Shown one piece after another: positions 1 through 15,083 of a stretch of DNA of 64,000 bases (position 1 is the first letter of the stretch; the number at the start of each line of letters is the position of its first letter). This stretch comes from Octopus sinensis (lineage: Eukaryota), in contig NC_042998.1 in assembly GCF_006345805.1 (NCBI RefSeq), positions 159,340,001 to 159,404,000 on the forward strand, written 5' to 3'. A program made the position numbers and the translations under genes. The notes below the pieces were generated by a model that was not told where the DNA came from, ran no database searches, and worked only from the letters and a program-made list of their open reading frames with translations.

Positions 1-104
<104 letters not shown>

Positions 105-149
105 CTATACTCACAACAGATCAGACTGTTAGAATAGAAACAATCCTAA

Positions 150-230
150 CATTGGGCTACAAAAAACCTTAGATGCCAAGAAACTAGAAACAGAGTAATA
201 GAAGCTAGAAAGCCTGATTTAGTAGTAGTG

Positions 231-300
<70 letters not shown>

Positions 301-470
301 ATAAAGAGAATAGAAAGTGCCAGATAATTGACTCTACAGTCCCAAATGAGAAAATCAATATGAAATGTAGAGAGAAAATAGCAAAGTACCAGGACTTATC
401 CATTGAATAACAGAGACTACGGAAAGTGCGGGTAAAATGTATCCCAATAGTTATAGGTGCATTAGAACTA
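150..470 (+). mobile_element. R4/Dong-clade LINE remnant, RLE (PD-D/ExK) domain, with internal (GTA)n expansion
   Basis: One frame reads RVIEARKPDLVVV[V]nDKENRKCQIID..VPN..EKIAKYQDLSIE*QRLRKVRVKCIPIVIGAL, the R4/Dong endonuclease pattern. Confidence 0.85.
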
Positions 471-489
471 GCCTTGCACCAAAATTTGA

Positions 490-761
490 ATTATTATTAT
501 TATTCAGTGTTTTTTTTATATATTGTGCTTTCACTTCACTACCGAGCGCAGCTCTGTGTGCCTTGGGTATGTGCTGTGTTTTGTTGTGATGCTCTGATGG
601 TTACTGTATTGAAAGTGTTTTGCGTAGGATGTGGGCAGTGCCCAGCAGTGCAATTTTCTGTATGTTTTATGTGTTTGTAAGTCCTGGTGTTTTTGTTAAG
701 TATTTATCTGAATATTTTTTTATCATGCCTAATGCACCTACTATGATAGGAATTGTTTCTG
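490..761 (-). mobile_element. R4/Dong-clade LINE 3' end (ORF C-terminus, 3'UTR, (TAA)n tail)
   Basis: Minus strand ETIPIIVGALGMIKK..NIQKIALLGTAHILRKTLSIQ* (601-761), UTR, then TAA tail at 490-504. Confidence 0.85.
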
Positions 762-762
762 C

Positions 763-1781
<1,019 letters not shown>

Positions 1782-1999
1782 CATCATTTCATCATTGTTG
1801 TTGTTGTTATTTTTTTTAAGAAGAAGATGAAGATCGTCATCATCATCACTACCATCATCATCAATCAACAAATCTGAACTCACATAAGATGGAAAGAGAT
1901 TGTGAAGAACACCTGATTATCATAGCATCGTGGGACCGCACTGATAGCAAGATCAAAACCTGACATAACGAAAAAAAATAGCCTTTCATTCATTTGATG

Positions 2000-2280
2000 A
2001 TATGGACGACATAGAAATAATGACGTTGGTGGTGACGGGTAAGGATGGGGCGCTGGTAGTGATTGTAGTGATGGTGGAGTGGTGTGGTTACGGTGGCAAG
2101 GATGGTTAGGTGATGACGTAAATGATAGTGTTAAAATGATGCTGATGCTGATGAAGGTGCTGGTGCTGGTGAGTGAATTGGTGTTTGCTGTGATGATGAT
2201 AATGATTGTTGTTGCTTAGGTGATAGTGGTGGTGGAGCTTATGGTGATGTCAATAATAATCGTTCTGATAGTGATGCTAA

Positions 2281-2343
<63 letters not shown>

Positions 2344-2762
2344 CAGTAGTAGTAGTAGCAGCAGCAGTAGTAGTTGCTCTTGTTGCTTTGACGGTAGTTG
2401 TTGTTGGGGTGAAGGTAATGATAGTGATGATAATGGTGTTTGCGATGGTAGCAGAGTTGGCTGCACTGATAGTAGTAGTGAAGTGACAGTAATTTTGTTG
2501 GTGATGGTGGTTGTGGTGTTGGTGCTGGTGCTGGTGATGCTAGTGAAGGCTGCGGCGATGGTGGTAGTGGCACTGACGAGGACGAGGAGGAGGAGGTTAA
2601 GAAGTAGGAAAATAACAATAACAACTACAACAACAACCGCACGATGCAGCTGCTGGCGACGATGATGATAATCATGGAAGAAGAAGAAGAGAAGAAGAAG
2701 AAGAAGAAGAAGAAGAAAAGAAGAAGAAGAAGAAGAAGAAGAAGAAGAAGAAGAAGAAGAAG
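2000..2762. repeat. Cryptically simple GGT/GAT/GTA region ending in (GAA)n
   Basis: (GTA)n ~2280-2375, (GAA)n ~2677-2762, degenerate triplets between. Confidence 0.9.
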
Positions 2763-3257
2763 AATATTCCTAAGAATTTTAATAAATTGATAGTGTTTGC
2801 ATTTGTCTCATCTTTATCGTAGACTGTGACATCAAAACATAATTATTAATTTGGAGGGTGAGAGGGGTGGGGTAGATTATTCTATATGATTCTTGTTGGC
2901 AAATAAAGAATATTCTAAATTCTTGAATGAATAATTACTGAGACATTAGAAAAATGACAAGATTGTTGAAATATGGAGATGATTTTTTTGTTGTTGCTGT
3001 TGCTTTTTTTTAATTTTATCTGAAGTGTTGTTCACAAGTTCTATTGAAGAATAATTTCGTTGAACAAACTCATTGGTTCAATCATCATTGAATCAAAACA
3101 TAAAGTCAGAGACTCAATGATGTCTTTCTATGATAAAACTGCCCGAAATAGCAGTTGAATCTCCTTCAAATCACGGACTACAGTCTTAGAAAGGAAATAT
3201 CATGTTATATCAGCTGTCCTCAAACTGACAAATACGCCCTCTCTTTTCCTCTCCCTC

Positions 3258-3312
<55 letters not shown>

Positions 3313-3661
3313 ACACACATACACTCACATATGCACACACAGACACACACCCACACAAACATTAGACAAAATAGAGCTTGCATCCATATAGTTATTTTCT
3401 TTTCTTTGCTATTATTACATCCACTGCTGTATTGCTCCACTAGTTTTATACAACACACTGCTTTAATGCGTCTTACTATTTCGAGCTAAGGGAGCCTTTA
3501 CGTGATCACCGGACCTGCTAAAAGTAGCTGCCAAATCTCCTTCAAATCACGCCCCATTCTACTACTCTACATCGCTGCACTCTCTCTATAGTATGTTACA
3601 AGACTATACACTATGCCATTATACTGAATTCCTACAAAATTTCCCGACACTATGTCGCTAT

Positions 3662-3897
3662 AGGCGCAGGCATCGCTGTGTGGTTAGAAAGCTCGCTTTG
3701 CAATCTCATGTGGTTTTGGATTCAGTCCCACCTTGGGCCAATAGTCTGCTATTGCCTCGAGCCGATCAATGCCTTGTGAATGAAGCTGGTAGATGGAAAC
3801 TGTGTAGAAGCTCGGATATGTACATGCATACATACATACATACATACACACACATATACGTATACATACATGTATACATATGTGTTGGTTTGAGTCT

Positions 3898-3939
<42 letters not shown>

Positions 3940-4143
3940 CTTTGAGATACCCCTACCACCACGCCGCTCGACAACGTGTATTACTTTCCTTATGTCCCCG
4001 TAACATAGCTGTTCGTCAAAAGATACTGATAGGATAAGTACTAGACTTTTTAAAAATATCTACTGAGGTCGATTTGTTCCTTCAAGGTGGTGCCCCAGCA
4101 TGGCCTCAATTAAATGACTGAAACAAGTAAAAGATAAAAGAAT
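3662..4143 (+). mobile_element. tRNA-derived SINE family B (CORE-like), full length
   Basis: GGCGCAGG..TGTGGT head, internal CA/GT microsatellite, 3' CAGCATGGCC..AAATGACTGAAACAAGTAAAAG; about 12 copies in window. Confidence 0.85.
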
Positions 4144-4515
4144 ATATAATCTCATTCAAACCATTGTGTTACTAACCTTTGTCCCTGCACTATGCCATAA
4201 CAATATATTCTTATATTATATCCCTGCGCTATAATCCTGCTCTGTATCACTATACTATGTCGCTTTATCTCTCTACACTATATCATAATATTGTCTTCAG
4301 AATGACACGTTCGCTAATGTGGTTCTGACTTTCCAGCAGAGATGGAAAAGAAGGGACAGTCACGGTTGGAATCACATTCAATGACTCGATCGTTGTTAAA
4401 CAGGAATGACATCGCCATTTACTTAAACAACATTGGGAAATGTTTTTAAGTCAATGATTAAAACAAATTTTGTTGAGATTTAAAGACAGCAAAATACAGA
4501 CGGAGTGATTAAAAT

Positions 4516-4812
4516 GGTGGTGGTGGTGGTGGTGGTGGTGGTGGTGGTGGTGGTGGTGGTGGTAGTTGTAATTGTAGTAGTAGTTGCACCAGCAGCAGCA
4601 GAGGTGGAGCTGTTATTATCAATGATATTTAGCCCCAGGTTACCCCGATCGAGCAGACCTATGATCAAAGGTAAACCAGACGTGACAATCCTGAGGCTAA
4701 GCGACAAGGGAAAAGCTACGTCAATCACTCGGTAATGTCATAATTGTTTTTGTTGTATTTAACGGTGATGCTGGAGACAGTGGATGGTGATGGTGATAGG
4801 TGGTGGTGGTGG

Positions 4813-4860
<48 letters not shown>

Positions 4861-4950
4861 CGACGACGACGGTGGTGACAACAGCAGCGGCGATGACGAC
4901 GACGGCGGCGACAACGAAGAGGAAGACGACAACGACGACAATGACGAGGA
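4516..4950. repeat. (GGT)n, (GAT)n and (GAC)n arrays
   Basis: Direct inspection. Confidence 0.9.
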
Positions 4951-5428
4951 TTGTCAACAATATCGATTTCTAGCAAAGACACAAGGCCTAAAAATACTGG
5001 AGTAAGTTATAAGGGAGATTAAGATCAATCTTAGTTCTTGACTATTACATACTTTACCTGCGGAACTGCGAAATGAAGGAAGGGAAAAAATCTATTGCCA
5101 TCGGTATTAAATTAATACTAGACTAGGCTCTGTTCCGCCAGTGGCTAATGTAAAATTGCCACTTGTAACCCTGTAATCTATTACTAACTGACTCGTGGTC
5201 CAGTAAGCGATTAAGCTGACTCCCAAAAGGGCTTGCCCAACGAGGAAGAGGCGTGGCCATCCAGCAGGATTTAAGAACAAAACTTGATAATGACGTATGT
5301 GATCCTTAAAAGAAAGAAAAAACGGTGCCCAATTTTTCGGAAGGAGATAGAAACCAGGATTACCATTTCTTGTGAAATACTTGAACGGAAATTACGCCAA
5401 TATTTAGTTGTTGATATAATGTGTTGGT

Positions 5429-5915
5429 AAGGCAACCAGCTGGCAGAAACGTTAGAACGTCGGGCGAAATGCTTAGCGGTATTTCGTCTGTCTTTACGTT
5501 CTGAGTTCAAATTCCTCCGAGGTCAACTTTGCCTTTCATCCTTTCGGTGTCGATAAATTAAGTATCAGTTGCGTACTGAGGTCGTTGTAATCGACATACC
5601 CCCTCCCAAAAAATGTGGGCCTTGTGTCTAGAATAGAAAAGAACCGTTAACACGCCAGGCAAAATGCTTAGCGGTATTTTGTCCATCTTTACGTTCTGAG
5701 TTCAAGTTCCGCCGAGGTCGACTTTGCCTTTCATTCTTCCGGGAATCGATAGGTATTTTCTCCGTCTTTACGTTCCGAGTTCAAATTCCGCCGGGGCCGA
5801 CTTTACCTTTCATCTTTTCAACGTCGAGAAACTAGTTGAGTTGAGCACTGGGGTCGATGTAATCGAATTCCCCCTCAACCCGAAATTGACGGCCTCGTGC
5901 CAAAATTTGAAATCT
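5429..5915 (+). mobile_element. Cluster of three SINE family A copies (5429-5643 full; 5644-5750 and 5751-5915 partial)
   Basis: A-box-like TGGCAGAAACGTTAG, B-box GAGTTCAAATTCC, 3' GGCCTTGTGCC..; about 20 copies in window. Confidence 0.9.
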
Positions 5916-6049
5916 ATATAATATGTAGGTGGATCTCAGTCAACATGGTTAGAGTACCGTAATAAAGCAGGATAATGCCGATAGTAAGTGAAGATAATAA
6001 AGGATAAAGGAAATAAACAAAAATAACAAAACAGAATTAATTAAAATAA

Positions 6050-6428
6050 AACAAGAGCGCTCAGAGAACGCAAATCTCCGCCAAGGCAACACCAACGTCC
6101 TCTCAACGATTAGCCAGAGATGATTTTTAAAATGAGAATATCTGAATTAAACTCGACTGCTCTCACAAACGAGAATACTAAAAATGAACCCGACCGCTCT
6201 CAAAAGTTAAGTAAAAAAAAAAAAACCGGAAAAATAATCCAGAATCCTTGTCCGGTACCGGATCGATCCCAAAATCTAATCATTTTATGCTAGTCACGAG
6301 GCCAAACATCCCTAAAAGTTTCATCCGTATCCATCCAGCAGTTCTTGAGATATCTTGTCCACGGACAAACAAATAAACAAACACGACTGAAAGCAATACC
6401 TCCGCCTTCGTTAAGCCGGAGGTAGTAA
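6050..6428 (+). mobile_element. Non-autonomous Helentron-associated (HINE/DINE-like) element
   Basis: 5' ACAAGAGCGCTCAGAG..TCTCCGCCAAGG; 3' hairpin ACCTCCGCCTT-CGTT-AAGCCGGAGGT (6398-6423); ACAA repeats before hairpin; A-rich flanks. Confidence 0.7.
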
Positions 6429-6504
6429 AGGACAATAAAAGGCAGCAAAGTAGATGAAGGTATAAGGGCGTTTAATTTTCTTTAAGAGGTTTACGGATAT
6501 AAAA

Positions 6505-7714
<1,210 letters not shown>

Positions 7715-8139
7715 TACCTTACATATTGCATGTAACCGGGGGCGAGCTTTGTTACTGGGTATTGTAGTTTACCTCGTGAGCACTTTCGAATATTTAGTTG
7801 TATACCGGACTTGTCAAACCCCAGGGAGACCAATACAGAAAAGTTCATTTAGGAAGCTCAGTGGCAGAAATGTTCTTAGAACGACTTGATCTGAATCACC
7901 TTCACAAGTTGTTATTGATACGAAAGTGATTGAACAGAACGAAATAGCGGAGACTGTTGTTAAAGAACATTCCTGATATAGAAGCAGACATTTATCAAGA
8001 ACAGCTACACTTCTGTTATCTGATATCACTGAAGAATAAATAGTAAATTGTTCACAATAATAATATCAATGTTGACAATAACATCAATTTTATAAAACAA
8101 TTCTATTCGGAACAGACTATTACTTCCATCTTTGTATTT

Positions 8140-8890
8140 CAATTTATATTACATCATTACACTATATCATAAAAGTCCATCTCTGCACAACGTCTACACT
8201 ATATGTCTCTATACTGTTTCTATACTATTTTACTCTAATATAGTATTCCACAATATCACTACCCTAAGTCTGTACAAGAGACACTTTCTAGATTATATAA
8301 CCAAACTACTTCTCTGTACCACGCCTATAATTCTATACTATTTCTACACTATATTATTACCACATTATGCCTACACTATCTCTACATTGTGTAACCACAT
8401 TTTGCTACTGAACTATGTCTACACTATATCACAACATATCTCTACACTGTGTTCCTATGTTGTTTCACAACATAGTGTTTCTACAACGTCACTACTCTCT
8501 CTTCACTATGTCGTTACATTATATAACTAAACTATGTCTTTATTGCATATCACTACACTTCGACATTACACTGTCTCTGCACCCTCTCTCTACGCTCGTC
8601 CTTGCATAATGTCTCTACGTTAAATCACTACGCCATGTCCCTTTGCTATATCACTACACTATGTCTCTACACTATATCACTACACTGTGGCATTATGATG
8701 TGTCATTTCATAATGTTTCTGCGAAGTCACTTCAATGTCTCTTATGCTATATTTCTGCATTAAATCACTACTCTACGCCTCTACACTGCATCATTTTCTA
8801 TGTCTCTACGTTTTATCAATAACTATGTTTCTAAATCATCTCACTACATAAAATGTCACTACGCCATATCACTACATTATATCACTACCA
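8140..8890. repeat. Degenerate CTACACTAT-type minisatellite-like tract
   Basis: Recurrent CTACACTAT/ATCACTAC motifs; similar patches at ~3560-3660 and ~4185-4290. Confidence 0.7.
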
Positions 8891-9639
8891 TTAAATAATC
8901 AACACTTAAATTAGAGCTAGATTTTAGTTACGAGCCATACACTTTTACAATTTCTTCATTTTCATTTCCATCTTTATGTCTTTTCCAAAATTATATGCTG
9001 ATTCTCTCATTGTAGATTCAAAAAACATTCCTTTTAAATAAAAACTAAATTCAAAGCACTTAAATTATGGTTGTGCTATTCTTCTTTTTCTGAAATGTCT
9101 TCTACTTCACGTAAAATAATTATTTTACATTGAAGTTAAAATTTTAATTTTTTTAATTTCTTGTCAATTTTTATCCTTTATTTTTTTCCTCTCTTTTAAC
9201 CCATTTTTAATTTTAACCTTTACAGCGGTTTATAAAAATGCAATTATAAATTTTAGATATAGATTTATTCTCTACGCACCCCCTGTTCCTCTCTCTCTCT
9301 CTCTCTCTCTCTTTCTCCCTCTCTACATGCTCCTCCTCTCACTCTCCCTCTCTCTCTCAAACTACTTTTTCAACAAAACCCCTGAATTCCAAATCTGTAA
9401 ATATTTGGCATAAAATCAAATTTTCACTAAAATGAATTAAGTACAAATATAAAAAGTGTTTGCTCTACTCATTAGCTTTTCCGTATAAGTTTGACTAGAA
9501 ATTTTAAGAACCTAAATATATTTTTATGCAGTTGGTTTTTAACCGTTTAGTTTATTTATTAATTGATTTATTGATTTGTTATACGAAAACCAGTTAATAA
9601 CTAACTCCTTGCAAAAGACTTCTACTATCGTCTTAAGAT

Positions 9640-11330
9640 ACCTCTACAGTATCCCAAAGGGAGCTCGAAGTTGTTTCACCCATGGTCTGTCTGAAATTTG
9701 TTTTCTTAATTATATCTAATGACGTATCTGTTTAGTTAAGATTGTTTCATTTCCCACTTGACACACTTCCCATGAGTGACGATGAACCTTATCACTCACT
9801 TCTACTCTGAAACAATAATTTGAATCATGCAAAACCTCATCAACAATTTCTCTACTCAAGTCCAGAGCAAATTTGTAATAGATTCAGATGTCAGTCGGTA
9901 TCCAGACCTGATGAAAGCCATCAATGCTAAATTCAGTAAATATGACATCAAAATGGCAATCCGTCTTCTTTCTTCTCTTTTTTTTCTTGATTAGTGTACT
10001 GCAGAGTTTGTAAATTTACTCAGAAACATCCTCTGTGGATGATTTCTTACAATGACCCGAACTACCGGCTTACTAAAGACTAGACTTCACCCAAGATAAT
10101 GTCAGAATGACTACCGCTTCCTTTCTTGTGGTGTCTGGTTCTGGAATTAATAGTCTTTGCCCCTTGATATTATTAAGACAGCATTTCCAGTCGGGCAATG
10201 ACGTTGGCTTTGAACTTTTGGAATGTTTCACGCATTTCATGAACAAAATTTCTTCTGAGAGTATCTTTCCTGTTCTTTGATGCTAGGCTATTCGGTCTTC
10301 TTAAGTCTAATGGTGATCTCCACCCCACTGCAGGTGGGTGTACTTTTGGCATCTCACGTCGAATATGTCCTTGTCAACAATCTTCTATCTCTTCGGAATT
10401 CGTACCCGTTCAACTCGGATTTGGCACTAAACTGGGGTGCGAAGCAACCATACACGTCAAAGGGATAAGCTTCTCCCTTGTATCTTTTTTTCTCATTTAA
10501 ACTAGGTTTTCTTTATGCAATCAGCGTTCTCTCCTTTCCAATAAGTAGACGAATCAAAATCTACAAATGTAGATTGGGTGGGGTCTTGCATTGTTAGTTC
10601 AAGCCAAAACACATTTCGGGTCTCTTTTAGATCGATCCGATTAATACTCAAGATGCTACCTATTTCCTGCTAGTACCAAATTTTCTGGAGATTGGGTTGA
10701 AGCCTTTCCTGTAGCAAATATTGATGGATTACTTAGCCTAGATGAACCTTATCTTTGCATTGTCCTGAGTCGGGGCTAATGCACGTAGAACAAGATGTTA
10801 CTGTTGTATGCCCTTTAATTCCAAAGTTCTTCATTAATTATTTTGTCAACTAAATGTAGATTACATTGGTCACCACAACGAGGTAAACCTTATTGTGAAT
10901 TAAACCCTAGCTAGAGTAAATATTTTCTCAACTATGGAGCCAATAGGGTTGTCCAAAGATAATGAGAAGTGTCCAGTTAGACTCACTTTTGCTTTGGCCT
11001 CGAGGTACATGCTTCATATGAATGGCCACTTTTAGCGACTTATTTGGTCATTACACGTCCTTAGTACTGTAGCGGAATTGGGGGTTGCGACGTTCGTAGA
11101 CGAGCAAAATAAGACATTTAAATACCGCATTCGTCGATAAATAAAATTCTTTTCAGCTTGTGACTTTTGAGATGTTGTGGAGTTCTGGATAGCTGACAAA
11201 GAAATACTTGACTTCGTTACTGTCTCGCCTCATTGAAATGTCAAATGATACTTGGGAAGATATCTGGTTGTTACAACACCTCAGCCTCGCACTAAACTGC
11301 GGTAATGCTGTGCGTGCTTTGAGGTAGATC
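9640..11330 (+). mobile_element. Decayed CRE-clade RLE non-LTR retrotransposon
   Basis: Ordered motifs IPKGAR (9651), KYDIKMAIRLLSS, QKHP, FFDARLFGLLKSNGDLHPTAGGCTF (10273), PVQLGFGTKLGCEATIH (10411), HNEVN..EPIGLSKDNEKCP (10874), QHLSLALNCGNA (11274); many stops and frameshifts. Confidence 0.8.
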
Positions 11331-12079
11331 AAGAACGTTTAGAGGGGAAGTTCAAGTTTCTTTGGCGCGATGTTTGATTGATAATTTCTTTCACAGATAT
11401 TTTGATAATTTATTTACTGACTTCCGTTATTTTTTCTCTATTTTCATATTGTTTACTTTCGTAAATTATGCTCTTTTTCATTGAATAAAAATAGACCTCC
11501 CATAAGATTTTATAGGTAATTTAATAAAAATTTAATTCAGACTTGAATATTATTTCCTCGTTCAACTGAATTCTTTTTCTAAAATCTTAGTTTTATAAAC
11601 TAGTTGGGTCAGAAAGTTAAAATTTGTGTTTTTGTTTCGATACTTTTTCTTTTTAATTTAGCATATATACTTATACTTGATAATATTTAATCTATTGAAT
11701 TCATCTACATTAGACACCAGACATTAGGTTTTCTCCTTGCCTCTCTTTTTTTTTTATCACCAATACTTCACCTTCTCTTTTCCACCTAGTTTCCCTTTCA
11801 AAGCTTCTCTCGATCGATCTATTGATCTGAACTCTTAAACGTAAAAAAAAGACAAAATACGTTGATAAATAACTAAACATACTTTATCATAACTTCATTT
11901 ATTCGAATCTATACGCCCGGTCTAAACAATAGATTTGGCTTTCTCATCATTTCATGATAGATTAGCCATTCATATATGACCGGAACAACACCCTTACTTG
12001 ATATCCCCCCCACCCACTTTTTCCCACTTTTCTCTCGATTTTTACCTAAAATAATATACTTAACCTGCACACAAACAAA

Positions 12080-12098
12080 CACACACACACACACACAC

Positions 12099-12130
<32 letters not shown>

Positions 12131-12146
12131 CTGTGTGTCTGTGTAT

Positions 12147-12195
<49 letters not shown>

Positions 12196-12240
12196 TGTGT
12201 CTGTGTGTGTGTGTGTGTGTGTGTATGCGTATGTATATAC
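12080..12240. repeat. (CA)n/(GT)n microsatellite
   Basis: Direct inspection. Confidence 0.95.
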
Positions 12241-12341
12241 TTATAATATTAAGTATGATTTAAATTGTATGGGCTATCTACGGAGTGCTCATAGAGAGCC
12301 AATGCAAAAACTAGAGTAGAGAAAATTGAAAATCGTAGGCT

Positions 12342-12527
12342 GTCAAACATATTCTCGTACGCATAAGTAAAAACATTCAATCAAAGTAGTTGAATCATAT
12401 GTATTTATACACATCAACACTAACCTCATGCTTGTAAATGCATGATTTATGTTGATGTTTATAAATATATGTGATTCAACTACTTCGATTGAATGTTTTC
12501 ACTTATGCGTTCGGGAATCTTTTTGAC
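12342..12527. other. Long imperfect palindrome (MITE-like or fold-back)
   Basis: ~72-bp core arms 12359-12431 and 12440-12510 around an 8-nt loop, extending imperfectly to 12342/12527. Confidence 0.9.
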
Positions 12528-12583
12528 TATATATATATATATATATACATACATACATACACAAACACACACACACACACACC

Positions 12584-12626
<43 letters not shown>

Positions 12627-12724
12627 GTGTATGTAACTAGAGTGACAACATACACACTAAGCTATCTCATTTCCCTTGATATTTTGGTTGAAACAATATG
12701 AACTTACCAACTATCTTTCCTGAC

Positions 12725-13066
12725 CTCTCTCTCTCTCCCTCTTTCTCTCTCTCTTTCTTCCTCTCTCTCTCTCTCTTTCTCTCTCTCTCTTTCTCTCTTT
12801 CTCTCTTTCTCTAGCTCTCTTCTCTCTCTCTCCCTCTCTCACTCTCTTTCTCCCGCTCTCAACATAAGAATGGACAATAAACATTTATTTGGAATCACTC
12901 CTCTCTCCGTTTCTCTCACATTCTTTCCATTTCTCTCTCACTCTCTCTCCCTCTCTCACACACACTCTCTCTCTCCCTTTCTCTCTCACTCTCTCTCCCT
13001 CTCTCACATACACTCTCTCTCCCTTTCTCTCTCTCTATCTCTCCCCCTCTCTCTCTCTCTCTCTCT
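12725..13066. repeat. Compound (CT)n tract
   Basis: Direct inspection. Confidence 0.95.
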
Positions 13067-13591
13067 CAAATTAAAGTAAGTCCACTAACGACTCCTTTCG
13101 ACCTCCTTTGCCTCCTACTTGAAGAAACATTCGCTGACATTTGAACATTTTTAAATTAAATAAATAAGTTTTCGGAACGGCATTGATTTGTGTATGCTGT
13201 TGTTCTCCTTCCAAATGAAACCACTCGAAATTTCAGCATTATAAAGGTGAACATTAATTTATATGTTAGTTACACTCTTAAAAAATTACACTCTCAATTA
13301 CTAGCAAATTTTTTTTCTTTTTAATTACAAGAAAAATTTTCGTATATTCCGCGTTTGTATTTAATAACAAAATGTAATAATGTTGCATTCATTTAGTAAT
13401 ATCGTAAGATTGTAAAGAATAATTGTAAAGAAATTCTTTAATAAATAAAATTTAATTCTAAGTGACCTAATGATTCTTTTACTAGTAACTAAACAAGTAC
13501 TTTAACAGATATTCGTGTTTGTGTGTGTGTAAATAATAAGTATGATTTACACACACACACACACACACACACCACACACACACACACATAT

Positions 13592-13892
13592 GAAAGCACA
13601 TGGCTCAGTGGTTAGAGCGTCGGGCTCACAATCATAAGGTAGTGAGTTCAATTGACCAACACTCTATATTTCATATTGTTTCAGTTCGCTCAGCTGTGGG
13701 AATGAGTTAAGACATGACTGGGGCCAAGCTGTATCGGCCTTTGCCTTTCCCCTGGATACCATCGGAAGCGTGGGGCGGAGAGGCTGGTATGCATGACTGA
13801 CAGATGATCTTCAATAAACAACTTTGCCCGAATTTGTGCCTCGGAGGGTAATTTTTAGGTGCAATTCCAGTTATTCATGAGTGAAGGAGGTC
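13592..13892 (+). mobile_element. tRNA-derived SINE family C
   Basis: A box TGGCTCAGTGG, B-box-like GAGTTCAATT, unique body; single copy in window. Confidence 0.65.
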
Positions 13893-14173
13893 TTATATAT
13901 ATCAGTGTTAGCGATACTAATAATTTGGCGTTAGAATTCAATGTACATAGGCTTCAAAATTAGACGCTAGTTTATTACAGAGCGTAATATGAAATTATAC
14001 AAATGAGGAAGGGGCAGAGAATTATGCACTTCATATTGAGAGCTCCGAGAAAGCTATAAGGTGATGCACAAGCACTCTGCTTTGAGTGCGCGACAACTTA
14101 TAACAGAAATAGCGGTAAGCTAATGAATTTCATTGCATAATTTCCTGTTCCTTTATCATTCACATCTGTATGT

Positions 14174-14202
<29 letters not shown>

Positions 14203-14207
<5 letters not shown>

Positions 14208-14320
14208 TAAGAAGCTTGCATGGCACTTTGGGCAAGTGTCTTTTACTATATCCTCGGGTCGACCAAAGCCTTGTGACTGGAGTTGGTAGACAGAAACTGA
14301 AAGAAGCCCATCGTATATAT
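14203..14320 (+). mobile_element. SINE family B fragment
   Basis: TTGGGCAAGTGTC..GACCAAAGCCTTGTGA..GAAACTGAAAGAAGCCC. Confidence 0.8.
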
Positions 14321-14676
14321 GTACAGTGAGTGTTATCTTTTTAGTGTTCTAAGGGCAACGCCTACGACGACACTGCCATTGGGCTGTAAGGCTAAAGTCG
14401 ACGGTCTTTCCTATGGATAAACATCAGAAGCGTGGGGAGGGGAACTTGCATGTCCGGTAAATGCTAGTCTTCTTCAAAAAGTCATGCCCAGGCCTGCACA
14501 TATATGATGTTTGGTCTACCTTGGCCGACAAAGGGTCTGCATGCATGCGTGTGTACGTGTGTGTGTACATATATACACATGTGTGTGCGAGTTTGTACAT
14601 TTTCATTTGTATGTGTGTATGAATATATGTATATTTATGTGTGCGTGTGTGTGTATATATAAATATATATATATAT

Positions 14677-14918
14677 ATATTTTAAAATAGAAAATTACTA
14701 TTTAACAGGTAATTTTTACATGCTAGAAATAGCAGCCAACACGGCCAAACCCACAATTCAATAGCAACTTTCGAAGTAAATGAAAAATAAAAACTTTTAC
14801 CTTGTTTTATTTTTCATTTACTTCGAAAGTTGCTATTAAATTGTGGTTTTGGCCGTGTTGGCTACTATATCTAGCATGTAAAAATTACCTTTTAAATTGT
14901 TTTCCTATTTTAAAATAT
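14677..14918. other. ~240-bp near-perfect palindrome
   Basis: Arms 14677-14792 and 14805-14918, about 90% complementary by eye, ~12-nt loop. Confidence 0.92.
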
Positions 14919-15010
14919 GAATATGTTGTCTATTGACTATTTATACATGGTAGGCTACTGGTGGTGATATTTATAACGAATATTCGCCACCCTATAGATG
15001 TTTCTTATAA

Positions 15011-15081
<71 letters not shown>

Positions 15082-15083
<2 letters not shown>

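Noticed and set aside
7740-8040. Unique-looking stretch with a 71-aa minus ORF; possible exon
   Set aside because: Stops in the plausible frames, no recognisable motif or splice pair
11905-11955. Hammerhead-like ATGATGA..TTCGAAT on the minus strand
   Set aside because: Both core halves mutated; helices I and III absent
13592-13665. Possible tRNA gene (also other SINE heads and 44605-44670)
   Set aside because: No complete cloverleaf; continues into SINE bodies
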